A stretch of 48,876 nucleotides of DNA from an uncultured archaeon (GTDB lineage: Archaea > Asgardarchaeota > Lokiarchaeia > Sigyniarchaeales > SOKP01), in assembly GCA_964493715.1 (NCBI GenBank), contig CAZBPC010000016.1, positions 1-48,876 of the forward strand, written 5' to 3'. Below are positions 19,595 to 28,309 of the stretch, one piece after another (the first letter of the stretch is position 1; each line of letters opens with the position of its first letter). A model generated the notes under the pieces. The model ran no database searches. It saw only the letters and a program-made list of their open reading frames with translations, and had not been told where the DNA came from. Both the position numbers and the translations under genes were made by a program.

Positions 19595-20695
19595 TTGGCT
19601 AATAATTCTTTAGGTCAAATCTTTAGAATCACATCCTTTGGAGAAAGTCATGGGGAAGTGATTGGCATAATTATTGATGGTATACCAGCTGGTTTGGTTT
19701 TCGATTTAAATTTAATACAAAAAGAACTAAAACTAAGAATGCCTGCTCAATCAGAGATAACATCTCCTCGAAGGGAGAGAGACATTGTCAAACCTTTATC
19801 AGGATTATTTAATGGAAAAACAACGGGAGCTCCTTTATGTCTTATTATTGAGAATGAAAGTTTTAACTCCTCAAAATATGATCAAGAAAAAATTCGTCCC
19901 TCTCATGTTGATTATGTTGCCTTGAAGAAATATGGAGGATTTGCAGATTATAGAGGATCGGGGAGATTTTCGGGGAGAATTACTGCAGGTTTTGTTATAG
20001 CAGGTGCAATAGCAAAGCAACTTCTTGAGACAAGAAATATTTCTATTTTTTCATATACAAAAAGTATTGGAAATATTTTTGATAATACGGATTATACTTT
20101 AGAAGATAAGGAAAAAATGTTCAGGATTCGGGAAAATTCACCAGTGCGAGCACTAAATCCCGAGTTATCAAAAACTATGGAAGACAAAGTTAAATCCGTT
20201 ATCCAAAATAAAGACTCAATAGGAGGAACCATAAAATGTATTGTTCATAATTTCCCATCAGGAATAGGTGGTCCGATTTTTAATAGCCTTGAATCAAACC
20301 TAAGCAAAGCAATATTCTCTATTCCTGCTGTTAGGGGTATTGAATTCGGTGCGGGTTTTAATGCTTCATTAATGAAAGGTTCAGAACACAATGATCCTTG
20401 GATTTATGACAATGATGTAATTAAAACCACAAAAAATGATTCTGGAGGTATTATTGGCGGAATCTCAACCGGTATGCCAATTGAATTCAATGTAGCTATC
20501 AAACCAACTCCTAGTATAGGGATTTCTCAGCAATCTGTAAATATTAAAACTAAAGAAAATATAAAAATTAGGATTGAAGGAAAACATGATCCCTGCATTG
20601 TACCAAGAGCTGTTGTCGTGGTAGAAGCTATGACTGCTATAGTATTATTAGATTTTTTATTGATAGAGGGAATAATTCCTTCCATCTTGAATTAG
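19595..20695 (+). CDS. aroC: Chorismate synthase
   Basis: FGESHG, RPSHVD, GRFSGR, GGISTG, KPTPS and HDPC motifs. Confidence 0.95.
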   Translation: MANNSLGQIFRITSFGESHGEVIGIIIDGIPAGLVFDLNLIQKELKLRMPAQSEITSPRRERDIVKPLSGLFNGKTTGAPLCLIIENESFNSSKYDQEKIRPSHVDYVALKKYGGFADYRGSGRFSGRITAGFVIAGAIAKQLLETRNISIFSYTKSIGNIFDNTDYTLEDKEKMFRIRENSPVRALNPELSKTMEDKVKSVIQNKDSIGGTIKCIVHNFPSGIGGPIFNSLESNLSKAIFSIPAVRGIEFGAGFNASLMKGSEHNDPWIYDNDVIKTTKNDSGGIIGGISTGMPIEFNVAIKPTPSIGISQQSVNIKTKENIKIRIEGKHDPCIVPRAVVVVEAMTAIVLLDFLLIEGIIPSILN

Positions 20696-20705
20696 GGTGA
20701 GATAA

Positions 20706-22142
20706 ATGGATTTACCAATAAAAGCTATATTAATTGGAGCAGGAAATCGGGGGATGACTGTTTATGGCAAATATGCTCTTGAAAATAAAGGTAAATTGAG
20801 ATTTGTTGCCGTTGCTGAACCTATTTCTTCAAGATTAGAGAGATTTGCGATGCTGCATAATATCCCTCCAGAATTATGTTTTGATACTTGGGAAGACCTT
20901 CTTACTAAAGAAAAGTTTGCAGACGTGGCTTTTATTTGTACACAGGATCAACTTCACATTGAACCCACTATTATGGCTTTAGAAAGAGGATATCATGTTC
21001 TATTAGAAAAACCCATGGCTCACACTCTTGATGGATGTATTAGTATAACTAAAAAAGTTGAAGAAACAGGTAATATTTTAGGAATTGGACACGTTTTGAG
21101 ATATACAGGTTTTTTCTCAACAATCTATAATACAATCAGACAAGGTTTATTAGGTGAAATAATCAATATTTCTCATAGGGAAAATGTAAGCTGGTATCAT
21201 ATGGCTCACAGTTTTGTGCGAGGGAATTGGAGAAATATTAAAGAATCGTCCCCAATGATCTTAGCAAAATGTTGTCATGATCTGGATTTGCTATTCTGGT
21301 TGGTCGGTTCTCATCCAAAAAGTATTACTTCCTTTGGAAATTTAAAACATTTTAAACCAGAAAATTCTCCAAAAGGTGCTCCTAATTTTTGTGTTGAAGG
21401 ATGTCCGATTGAGGATTCTTGCTTGTATTATGCACCGCGAATCTATATTGATATAGAGCCTATTCTCCAAATTTTGAATCAAAGCCAAATAAAATATTAC
21501 AAATTTGTTTCAAACTTACGAAAAAATCATCCTAAATTTTTAAAGATTTTATCAACAATAATAAAATCACTAAAACCGTTAGTAAATTGGAAAGATTGGC
21601 CTGTTAAGCCCATGTACTTAGGGCAACCAGAAGAAAGTTTAGGAGATTATTCTAATGAAGCGAAAATCTCAATATTAAGTCGTAGTTCTTATGGAAGATG
21701 TGTTTATAAATGCGATAATGATGTAGTAGATCATCAAATAGTGAATATTGAATTTGAGAATGGCGTGACGGCTTCTTTAACGATGCATGGATTTAGTGAT
21801 CGGGAAGGACGTACCTTAAGAATTGATGGAACAAAAGGTACCTTGATAGGAGAATTCGGTGATTCTTATCAACAGATTATCATAAGAGATCATTATTCTC
21901 ATTCTGAGGAAACAATTTTCAAGAAGAATCTCTCTTCAGACTTATCTGGTCATGGAGGAGGTGATTTTATTCTTATTTCAAAATTTATTGAAGCTTTGCT
22001 CGATCCGAATAACCCCCAACCTCTAACCAATGCTCGTGAAAGTATAGAAAGCCACTTGATGGCGTTTGCCGCAGATGAATCCCGTTTGAACGAGACTGTT
22101 ATAAATATGAAAAATTTTCGTATAAAAGCTGGGACAAAATAA
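20706..22142 (+). CDS. Gfo/Idh/MocA-family oxidoreductase
   Basis: GAGNRG, LEKPMA, AHSFVRGNW, LAKCCHDLD and HGGGD motifs; SD GGTGA. Confidence 0.9.
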   Translation: MDLPIKAILIGAGNRGMTVYGKYALENKGKLRFVAVAEPISSRLERFAMLHNIPPELCFDTWEDLLTKEKFADVAFICTQDQLHIEPTIMALERGYHVLLEKPMAHTLDGCISITKKVEETGNILGIGHVLRYTGFFSTIYNTIRQGLLGEIINISHRENVSWYHMAHSFVRGNWRNIKESSPMILAKCCHDLDLLFWLVGSHPKSITSFGNLKHFKPENSPKGAPNFCVEGCPIEDSCLYYAPRIYIDIEPILQILNQSQIKYYKFVSNLRKNHPKFLKILSTIIKSLKPLVNWKDWPVKPMYLGQPEESLGDYSNEAKISILSRSSYGRCVYKCDNDVVDHQIVNIEFENGVTASLTMHGFSDREGRTLRIDGTKGTLIGEFGDSYQQIIIRDHYSHSEETIFKKNLSSDLSGHGGGDFILISKFIEALLDPNNPQPLTNARESIESHLMAFAADESRLNETVINMKNFRIKAGTK

Positions 22143-22224
22143 AAGATTATTTTAGGTAATTTTATTACTATGAAGTTCATAAGTATAATATATCACGATC
22201 TACTAATTCAAAGCAAGTGAAATT

Positions 22225-22449
22225 ATGGATAATAAGATAAATACTGGAAAAGACTTTATGAAATTTTTTCAAACCAAAGGAGATTATCTTGTTGAGTTAT
22301 CTGAAAATCATTTTAAGAATAAAGAATATCATAAAGCATTAGAGCTTCTAAATCAAGCTTACTCTAATTACATGAAATGTAATAATACTGACGATGCGGA
22401 GAGAACAAAAAAGAGATATCTTGAGATTAAGAGCAATTTTTTGAAGTGA
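22225..22449 (+). CDS. Small TPR-like helical protein
   Basis: KEYHKALELLNQAYSNY...DDAERTK resembles a single TPR/SNAP-type hairpin. Confidence 0.55.
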   Translation: MDNKINTGKDFMKFFQTKGDYLVELSENHFKNKEYHKALELLNQAYSNYMKCNNTDDAERTKKRYLEIKSNFLK

Positions 22450-22514
22450 GTGGTTTAAAAATTTTTATTAATAATTAAAAATAGTTTTAAAACTCCAAAA
22501 AAGGAGCACCAAAA

Positions 22515-23042
22515 ATGGATTTAAGTGAATTAATGAAAAAAGCAACGCTTTTTCACGGCCATATTTGCCCAGGAGTTGCTATTGGTGTATTAGTGGCAAA
22601 ATATGCCATTGAAAATGGATTTGAGCATTCTTCAGATGAGGAATTAGTAGCTGTAGTGGAGACAGATAACTGTTCTGTTGATGCAATACAAGCATTATTG
22701 GGAACTACTTTTGGAAAGGGGAATTTGATCCATCGAGATTATGGGAAAAATAACTTTACAATCTTTAGTAGAAAAGCAAAAAAAGGTGTAAGACTGTCCT
22801 TAAAGAATACAATTTTTGATAAAAAAAAAGTTACTAGAGATGAAAAAGTCAAAATATTATTAGATTCTAACTTTGAAGATATATTCGATATCGAAGAAGT
22901 TGAGTATAACCCTCCTCCAAAAGCTCAGATAGAAGAATCTATATTATGTGATATCTGTAAAGAATCAACAATGAGTTCGAGAATTATTAATTATCAAGAA
23001 AATAAAATGTGTATTCCTTGTTATCAGAAATTTAAAAAATAA
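22515..23042 (+). CDS. fwdE: FmdE/FwdE-family protein with C-terminal zinc finger
   Basis: FHGHICPG, ETDNCSVDAIQ, TFGKGN and CDIC...CIPC motifs; SD AAGGAG. Confidence 0.88.
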   Translation: MDLSELMKKATLFHGHICPGVAIGVLVAKYAIENGFEHSSDEELVAVVETDNCSVDAIQALLGTTFGKGNLIHRDYGKNNFTIFSRKAKKGVRLSLKNTIFDKKKVTRDEKVKILLDSNFEDIFDIEEVEYNPPPKAQIEESILCDICKESTMSSRIINYQENKMCIPCYQKFKK

Positions 23043-23215
23043 CATATAATCAATATTATGTTATTCAGGTCATAAAACATATGTCCGATTAATGAAATTT
23101 TTTAATGAAAAAATCGTGTCTAAGAAGATGATTAATAAAAAAAAAATCATTTATTATAAAGAGTTTATTTTAGATATTATATTTACAAGTTTTTTGAATT
23201 AAGCTAATAAATAAA

Positions 23216-23662
23216 ATGATTATTCGAGAATTTTCTGAAGACGACATAGATGAGATCACTTTATTAATGAAACAACTCTGCATATTAAAAGGTAAAGAGT
23301 TCAATGAAGAAAGTTGGAGAAAAAGCTTAACTGAAAGATTGTTTATTGATTCACAATCTAAAGTTATTGTTGCCTTCGATGAAAATTGTAATCCGGGTGT
23401 TTTAGGTATAGCACAATGCTCCGTTAAGAGCTCAGACAATGGTTTTAAATTTGGATATCTTTCAAATTTAATAGTATTAGAAGATAAAAGAAGAACTGGA
23501 ATAGGAGAGCTTATAATGAGAAATGCAATTGATTACTTTAAGAGTAATCACATTCAATCAATACGGTTAGCTCTTATTCCTAATTTAAATAAAGCAGCAA
23601 CAATTTTATTTACAAAATTAGGATTTCAAGATATCCTTCATATATATGAACTTAAAATTTGA
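23216..23662 (+). CDS. GNAT-family acetyltransferase
   Basis: MIIRE start, RRTGIG acetyl-CoA motif and NKAATILFTKLGF. Confidence 0.88.
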   Translation: MIIREFSEDDIDEITLLMKQLCILKGKEFNEESWRKSLTERLFIDSQSKVIVAFDENCNPGVLGIAQCSVKSSDNGFKFGYLSNLIVLEDKRRTGIGELIMRNAIDYFKSNHIQSIRLALIPNLNKAATILFTKLGFQDILHIYELKI

Positions 23663-23752
23663 AATAGAAAAATAAAGTATATTTCTTTTAATTAATTATA
23701 TTAATTGAGAGCATGTTATGGTTTTTACAACAATTATAGAAATGAGAAATTT

Positions 23753-24958
23753 ATGATAAAGAATATTTCAAAAGGTCATACATTATTGGTTCAAGGTCCG
23801 ACACGAGTTGTTTTAGTGGAGGGAAAGATCGAAGTTTTTGGTAAGATTTTTGTGCCGGGTAAAATTGAAGAAAATAATGTATTAATTGTTCCAAGCGCAA
23901 ATGTTTATCCAATCTTTTCCGTTGAATCCTCTAAATTAGATGTTTATACAAATAGTGATAATAATTTGACATTAATAGAAGAAAATAGCATCATTAAGGA
24001 ATGGGAAGATATAAAGGATAAAGTTCTAGAGGAAGTAAAAAAGAAGAGCGCCCTGAATCCATTAAAAGTCATGGTATTAGGGATAAGTGGAGGGAAAACT
24101 ACTCTAATTAAATATTTAGCAAATAATATCTTGAGAGCAGGATACAAAGGAGGATATCTTGATTCCGATTTAGGTCAACAAATGATGTATCTTCCTACAA
24201 CTCTAAACATTGGTGAAATTAAGGATTATATAATCTCAAGTGTAAATATAAAAACTGAAGAAACGATATTTATCGGAAGTACATTTCCCAAATCAAACTA
24301 TAAATTCATTGTCGCACATTCTTGTAATAGTTTAATTGATAGTTATTTAGAAAATCATAAAGATACGAATCTTATATTGATTGACAGTGACGGTTGGATA
24401 AAAACTGAAGCAGGAATCGTTTATAAGACATATTTCATAGAAACTGTTGATCCAGATATTATCATTGTATTTCATGATGACAATATTGAAGAATTAAAAG
24501 AGATTGAGAAAAGCGCTTCTAAATCAAAAAAGAGGAAAATATTTCTAATTAAACAAGAAAACAAATATTTTTATGAAAAAGATAAAGAAGAAAGAAGATT
24601 TTTAAGACAAAGCCAATTTGCGAAAATTTTAGAAAATTATCGAAAAATTTCTATGCCCTTAGATGATATAAAGTTCATTAAAATGGATTTTGATATGGAA
24701 AATAATAAGCTAATTGAACAGGAAATAAATATTGGGAGTTTAGTTAACTTGCCTTATCATTATGTAATAATTTCATTAATGACTGAAGATTCTAAATTAA
24801 TCAAAATTGGTTTACTTTTTGTAATCAATCTCGAGAAAAGATATATTTTATTCTTTTCAGATTTGAATTATAAGGAACAATCACAAGTAAAGAAAATTAT
24901 TCTTGGTAGTCTGAGATTAAGCACAAAAGGCAATCATCAAGGTTATTTATACTTATGA
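23753..24958 (+). CDS. Clp1/Grc3-family polynucleotide 5'-kinase
   Basis: N-terminal beta domain (LLVQGP), GGKTT, DSDLGQ, IDSDGW and RRFLR lid. ATG 23753 is the probable start. Confidence 0.85.
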   Translation: MIKNISKGHTLLVQGPTRVVLVEGKIEVFGKIFVPGKIEENNVLIVPSANVYPIFSVESSKLDVYTNSDNNLTLIEENSIIKEWEDIKDKVLEEVKKKSALNPLKVMVLGISGGKTTLIKYLANNILRAGYKGGYLDSDLGQQMMYLPTTLNIGEIKDYIISSVNIKTEETIFIGSTFPKSNYKFIVAHSCNSLIDSYLENHKDTNLILIDSDGWIKTEAGIVYKTYFIETVDPDIIIVFHDDNIEELKEIEKSASKSKKRKIFLIKQENKYFYEKDKEERRFLRQSQFAKILENYRKISMPLDDIKFIKMDFDMENNKLIEQEINIGSLVNLPYHYVIISLMTEDSKLIKIGLLFVINLEKRYILFFSDLNYKEQSQVKKIILGSLRLSTKGNHQGYLYL

Positions 24959-24987
24959 ATTAGCTTTCTCACATCATTTTTTTTGTA

Positions 24988-25002
24988 CGAAAAAATATAT
25001 AA
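24988..25002 (+). promoter_or_regulatory. BRE-TATA candidate upstream of the ATP-grasp gene
   Basis: CGAAAAAATATATAA about 90 nt before ATG 25092. Confidence 0.35.
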
Positions 25003-25091
25003 CTACACGCATCTTAAATTCACTATATCTAAGCCTTTAAAATTGGTGATTTCTTTTAGAGGATAATTTATTTACTAAATTTCTAAATTTA

Positions 25092-26501
25092 ATGTCTCAG
25101 AACATTACTGAATCAGATTTAGAATTAATTAAACTAGGAGAATCATTAGGACTTAATTTGATATCATTTGCAGATCTAAGGCAGTCACAAGATGATTATT
25201 TTGTAGATGGGATACGATCTGATGCTTTAAAGAAGTTAGAAAATAAAAATTGCAATACTTTAACTCAAGAGAATGCCTTTTACGTTGGTAGTATTGATTT
25301 CATGGTAGGTAATACTCACGATGGCAAAAAGTTTTTTCTTTTAGAAACAAATGGGGGTTCACATCGAGGACTTTCAATTTTAACAACAAAGCAACAAGAA
25401 TTGCTTTATCAAGGATATTACCAAGCAATTGAAGATGCCCTTAAGCAAAAAAACCAAGAAACTGAAAAAATTTTTATACTCGTTGGGCTGCCGGTTGATG
25501 ACAGACTGATTCATGAAAAAGTTATATTGATTGAATACTTAAGAAAAAGACTGAAAAAGGAAGGTTTTACGTCAAAAATTTTTAATATAGATAATTATGA
25601 CCCTAATCATAAAGCAGAAATTATCTTTCTCGTCGCGAACTATAATCAAATTTCTGTCTATCTCTCTTATATTAATAATTGGTTTAAATTTAAAGAAGAA
25701 AATGTCCATGTTTTAATTGGAGATGGCATAGCAAGGCGATTTAATGATAAAACGTTTAATTCAGACGTTTATAATAATTATAGGAATATTAAAACCATAA
25801 TCGTAAATCCAATTTTTAAAATAACTGATGATAAATCTTTAACATATTTAGCTAGTTTTTTTTCTCAAAGTAAACTCAGTGAATTTAACCTGAAGCATTT
25901 AATGTTTACAAAATGTTTTTCAGAAAAGCAATTACTTCAGAAACTATTAATTTTGATTAAAAAAGAACAGAAATCTTTTATCATAAAACCAAGTGGAGGT
26001 TCTGGTGGAGCAGGAGTTTTAATTGTCTCTCAAAGTCAAAATAAAAAAGATATCAAGCAAATTATAAAAGAGTCTCAAAAAGAATTCTATGATAAATTTG
26101 GAGATCAAAGAAATCCTTTTCCTTACACCATTCAAGAGTTTGCAGATTTTTGCTTAATTAATTGGAGGGGTGGAAAACATACTTATGATTTAAGAATTTA
26201 TGTTGCTCAAATAAGCGGGATCATCCAGCCAATAGGTGGATTAGCAAGAATTTCTCGTGGTTCATACATAACTGGAGAAAAAAAACAAGAATTTGTTGTA
26301 AACCTATCCGGTTTTAATGGTCAAATCGAGGTGAGTAGAGGCCTTGGTTTTTCAAAAACCAATGCAACTTTACTCGGTTTACAACGGGAAGATTTCGTCG
26401 ACATATTTTGTATAAGTTGTATGATTTTTAGAAATATTATCAATCATTATGAGAAAATTATCAATTTTTCTAATTGGAATAAATTTTTTGGATTTCATTG
26501 A
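25092..26501 (+). CDS. Circularly permuted ATP-grasp ligase (CP-ATP-grasp-like)
   Basis: GSIDF...LLETN occurs near the N-terminus, ahead of IIKPSGGSGGAGV, IQEF, YDLRIY, GGLARI and VVNLSG. Confidence 0.75.
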   Translation: MSQNITESDLELIKLGESLGLNLISFADLRQSQDDYFVDGIRSDALKKLENKNCNTLTQENAFYVGSIDFMVGNTHDGKKFFLLETNGGSHRGLSILTTKQQELLYQGYYQAIEDALKQKNQETEKIFILVGLPVDDRLIHEKVILIEYLRKRLKKEGFTSKIFNIDNYDPNHKAEIIFLVANYNQISVYLSYINNWFKFKEENVHVLIGDGIARRFNDKTFNSDVYNNYRNIKTIIVNPIFKITDDKSLTYLASFFSQSKLSEFNLKHLMFTKCFSEKQLLQKLLILIKKEQKSFIIKPSGGSGGAGVLIVSQSQNKKDIKQIIKESQKEFYDKFGDQRNPFPYTIQEFADFCLINWRGGKHTYDLRIYVAQISGIIQPIGGLARISRGSYITGEKKQEFVVNLSGFNGQIEVSRGLGFSKTNATLLGLQREDFVDIFCISCMIFRNIINHYEKIINFSNWNKFFGFH

Positions 26502-26519
26502 TTTAAAATACTAATAATT

Positions 26520-26681
26520 TTAAGGATTTTTATTGTTTTCAATATCCAAACAACTCAAGTGGATATATTGTTTTTGCTTACCTAAGAACTTCCCGTTAAT
26601 CATATTTCCTAATGTTAATTGATATGCTTTATTTAATTCTTTATCTGAGATTATTTGCTTACAAATTTGGCAATAATACAT
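26520..26681 (-). CDS. 53-aa CxxC...HxxC zinc-finger microprotein (not in ORF track)
   Basis: MYYCQICKQIISDKELNKAYQLTLGNMINGKFLGKQKQYIHLSCLDIENNKNP; SD GGTGA 6 nt before the ATG. Confidence 0.75.
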   Translation of the reverse strand: MYYCQICKQIISDKELNKAYQLTLGNMINGKFLGKQKQYIHLSCLDIENNKNP

Positions 26682-26751
26682 TATAAATCACCATAAATTT
26701 GACTATAGTCTAGTCTAAACTATATAAACCAAACAAAAAGAGAGCCAAATT

Positions 26752-27774
26752 TTATTTTGAATTAGATTCAAGAAATTTTAATGAGCGTCCAACCAAAATC
26801 AGTTCATTTTTTTTATGGGTATGTCCTCCTTTGCTTATTATTAACTTATTTTCTTCTGGAAGATCTAAAACTTCGGCATTTTCCTCATAATTTATCATTT
26901 TGATAATTTTATCATTTCTGCTATGAATTAACAATACCCTATTGGATAAAATTTTCCATTTTTCTTCAGGAATATCCTTTTTGATTTGATTTATTATGAT
27001 TGAAGGAGACAATCTTCGATTTTCCTCATATTTTGGAAAAAGTCTCACGCCTTTCAAAAAATAGCTTAGCATGACAATAATGTTAAATCTTGGTAAATTT
27101 TTTCTATAATTAGATATAGCAGAGATAGCAATTATTTTGTCAATCGACTGATTATCGAATCCACCACATAATATGGTTAAAGCTCCAATACTAAACCCTG
27201 CGCAACAAATCCTTTTATTATTTAAATCGTTATTCATTGATACCCATTTTAAAATTTTTCTAAAATCTTCAATTCTTTTCAAGAATTGACTTCTTCGCCC
27301 AATTTTTTTTGATTTTCCGGTTCCCCTAGCATCATAAATAAGGATCACATATCCTAGTTGTACAAAAGGAAGAAAATAATTCTGAAGCGATTCTTTTGTA
27401 TCAGAAAATCCATGAGCTATTATTAATACGGAATTTTTAATATCAACAAGATTTTTATCTTGTGATGATACAATGAGAGCAGCTATTTCTTTTTTCTTAT
27501 TTCTTACACCTCCTACATCAATTCTTTCGATATTTGTATTATAGTCTTTTAACGTTAGGGAAATCCATCGCTCATACCATAAATCTGCAAAACTCCAATA
27601 AATTTCGAAAGGGGTATAGATAATCAAGAAAGTTGTAGTAGATAAGATAAAGCAAGGTAAAAATGGATTCCCGAATATATTCTGATTAACATTCCATATG
27701 AGCATAGAAAAAATAAGATCAAAATAAATTAGAATGCTCCGTTTTAAATTTTTTGTGATTATAATAACCACCAA
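26752..27774 (-). CDS. Membrane-anchored alpha/beta hydrolase
   Basis: N-terminal hydrophobic helices; HGF, YDARGTGKS, GFSIG nucleophile elbow, HSRND and GGH. Exact start uncertain. Confidence 0.85.
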   Translation of the reverse strand: MVVIIITKNLKRSILIYFDLIFSMLIWNVNQNIFGNPFLPCFILSTTTFLIIYTPFEIYWSFADLWYERWISLTLKDYNTNIERIDVGGVRNKKKEIAALIVSSQDKNLVDIKNSVLIIAHGFSDTKESLQNYFLPFVQLGYVILIYDARGTGKSKKIGRRSQFLKRIEDFRKILKWVSMNNDLNNKRICCAGFSIGALTILCGGFDNQSIDKIIAISAISNYRKNLPRFNIIVMLSYFLKGVRLFPKYEENRRLSPSIIINQIKKDIPEEKWKILSNRVLLIHSRNDKIIKMINYEENAEVLDLPEENKLIISKGGHTHKKNELILVGRSLKFLESNSK

Positions 27775-27833
27775 TGAGATTTCATTATATTTGAAAAATA
27801 AAGAATAAAAAAGGGTTGATTGTTTCTAGAATT

Positions 27834-28154
27834 CTATTTTTTTGCTTTATCTGGAGGACATCCAAAATCATTCCGAACTTTGCATTCCCGCTTACTAGAA
27901 CTACCGGGGCAAGGGGCACATTTAGCTTTCCGTAGTAATTGTTCTACTTCACTGATTTCATAACCAAACTCCTCATCCTCAGTTTCATCCGCTAACATAT
28001 CATCTTCGATTTCACTGAGATCGTAAATCAAATCTTCATCCAAATTATCTTTCTCATCATATAAATCGATGACCTCGTCCCCATCTTCATCACTTTTCCC
28101 CGCTGGAATATCATCATCTTCTGGTTCGGTGATTATAACCTTCTTTTTAGCCAT
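27834..28154 (-). CDS. Highly acidic small protein with C-terminal Cys4 motif
   Basis: D/E-rich body, then CAPC...C...GCPP. ATG 28154 (MAKKK) preferred. Confidence 0.7.
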   Translation of the reverse strand: MAKKKVIITEPEDDDIPAGKSDEDGDEVIDLYDEKDNLDEDLIYDLSEIEDDMLADETEDEEFGYEISEVEQLLRKAKCAPCPGSSSKRECKVRNDFGCPPDKAKK

Positions 28155-28309
28155 TAAACTCACTATTCTCTAAATTTGAAATTGTTGATATAAGATAATA
28201 TGAAATTATAAAATTTAGATTTTGTCATTATTCAAAATTCTTTGAATTGATAGTAGATAGATTTTTTAAAAATAATAAAAGTATTCGATATTAGTAATTG
28301 AGCTTTAAA

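Noticed and set aside
26701-26715. GACTATAGTC palindrome / TAGTC repeat upstream of the microprotein
   Set aside because: Too short to distinguish from chance.
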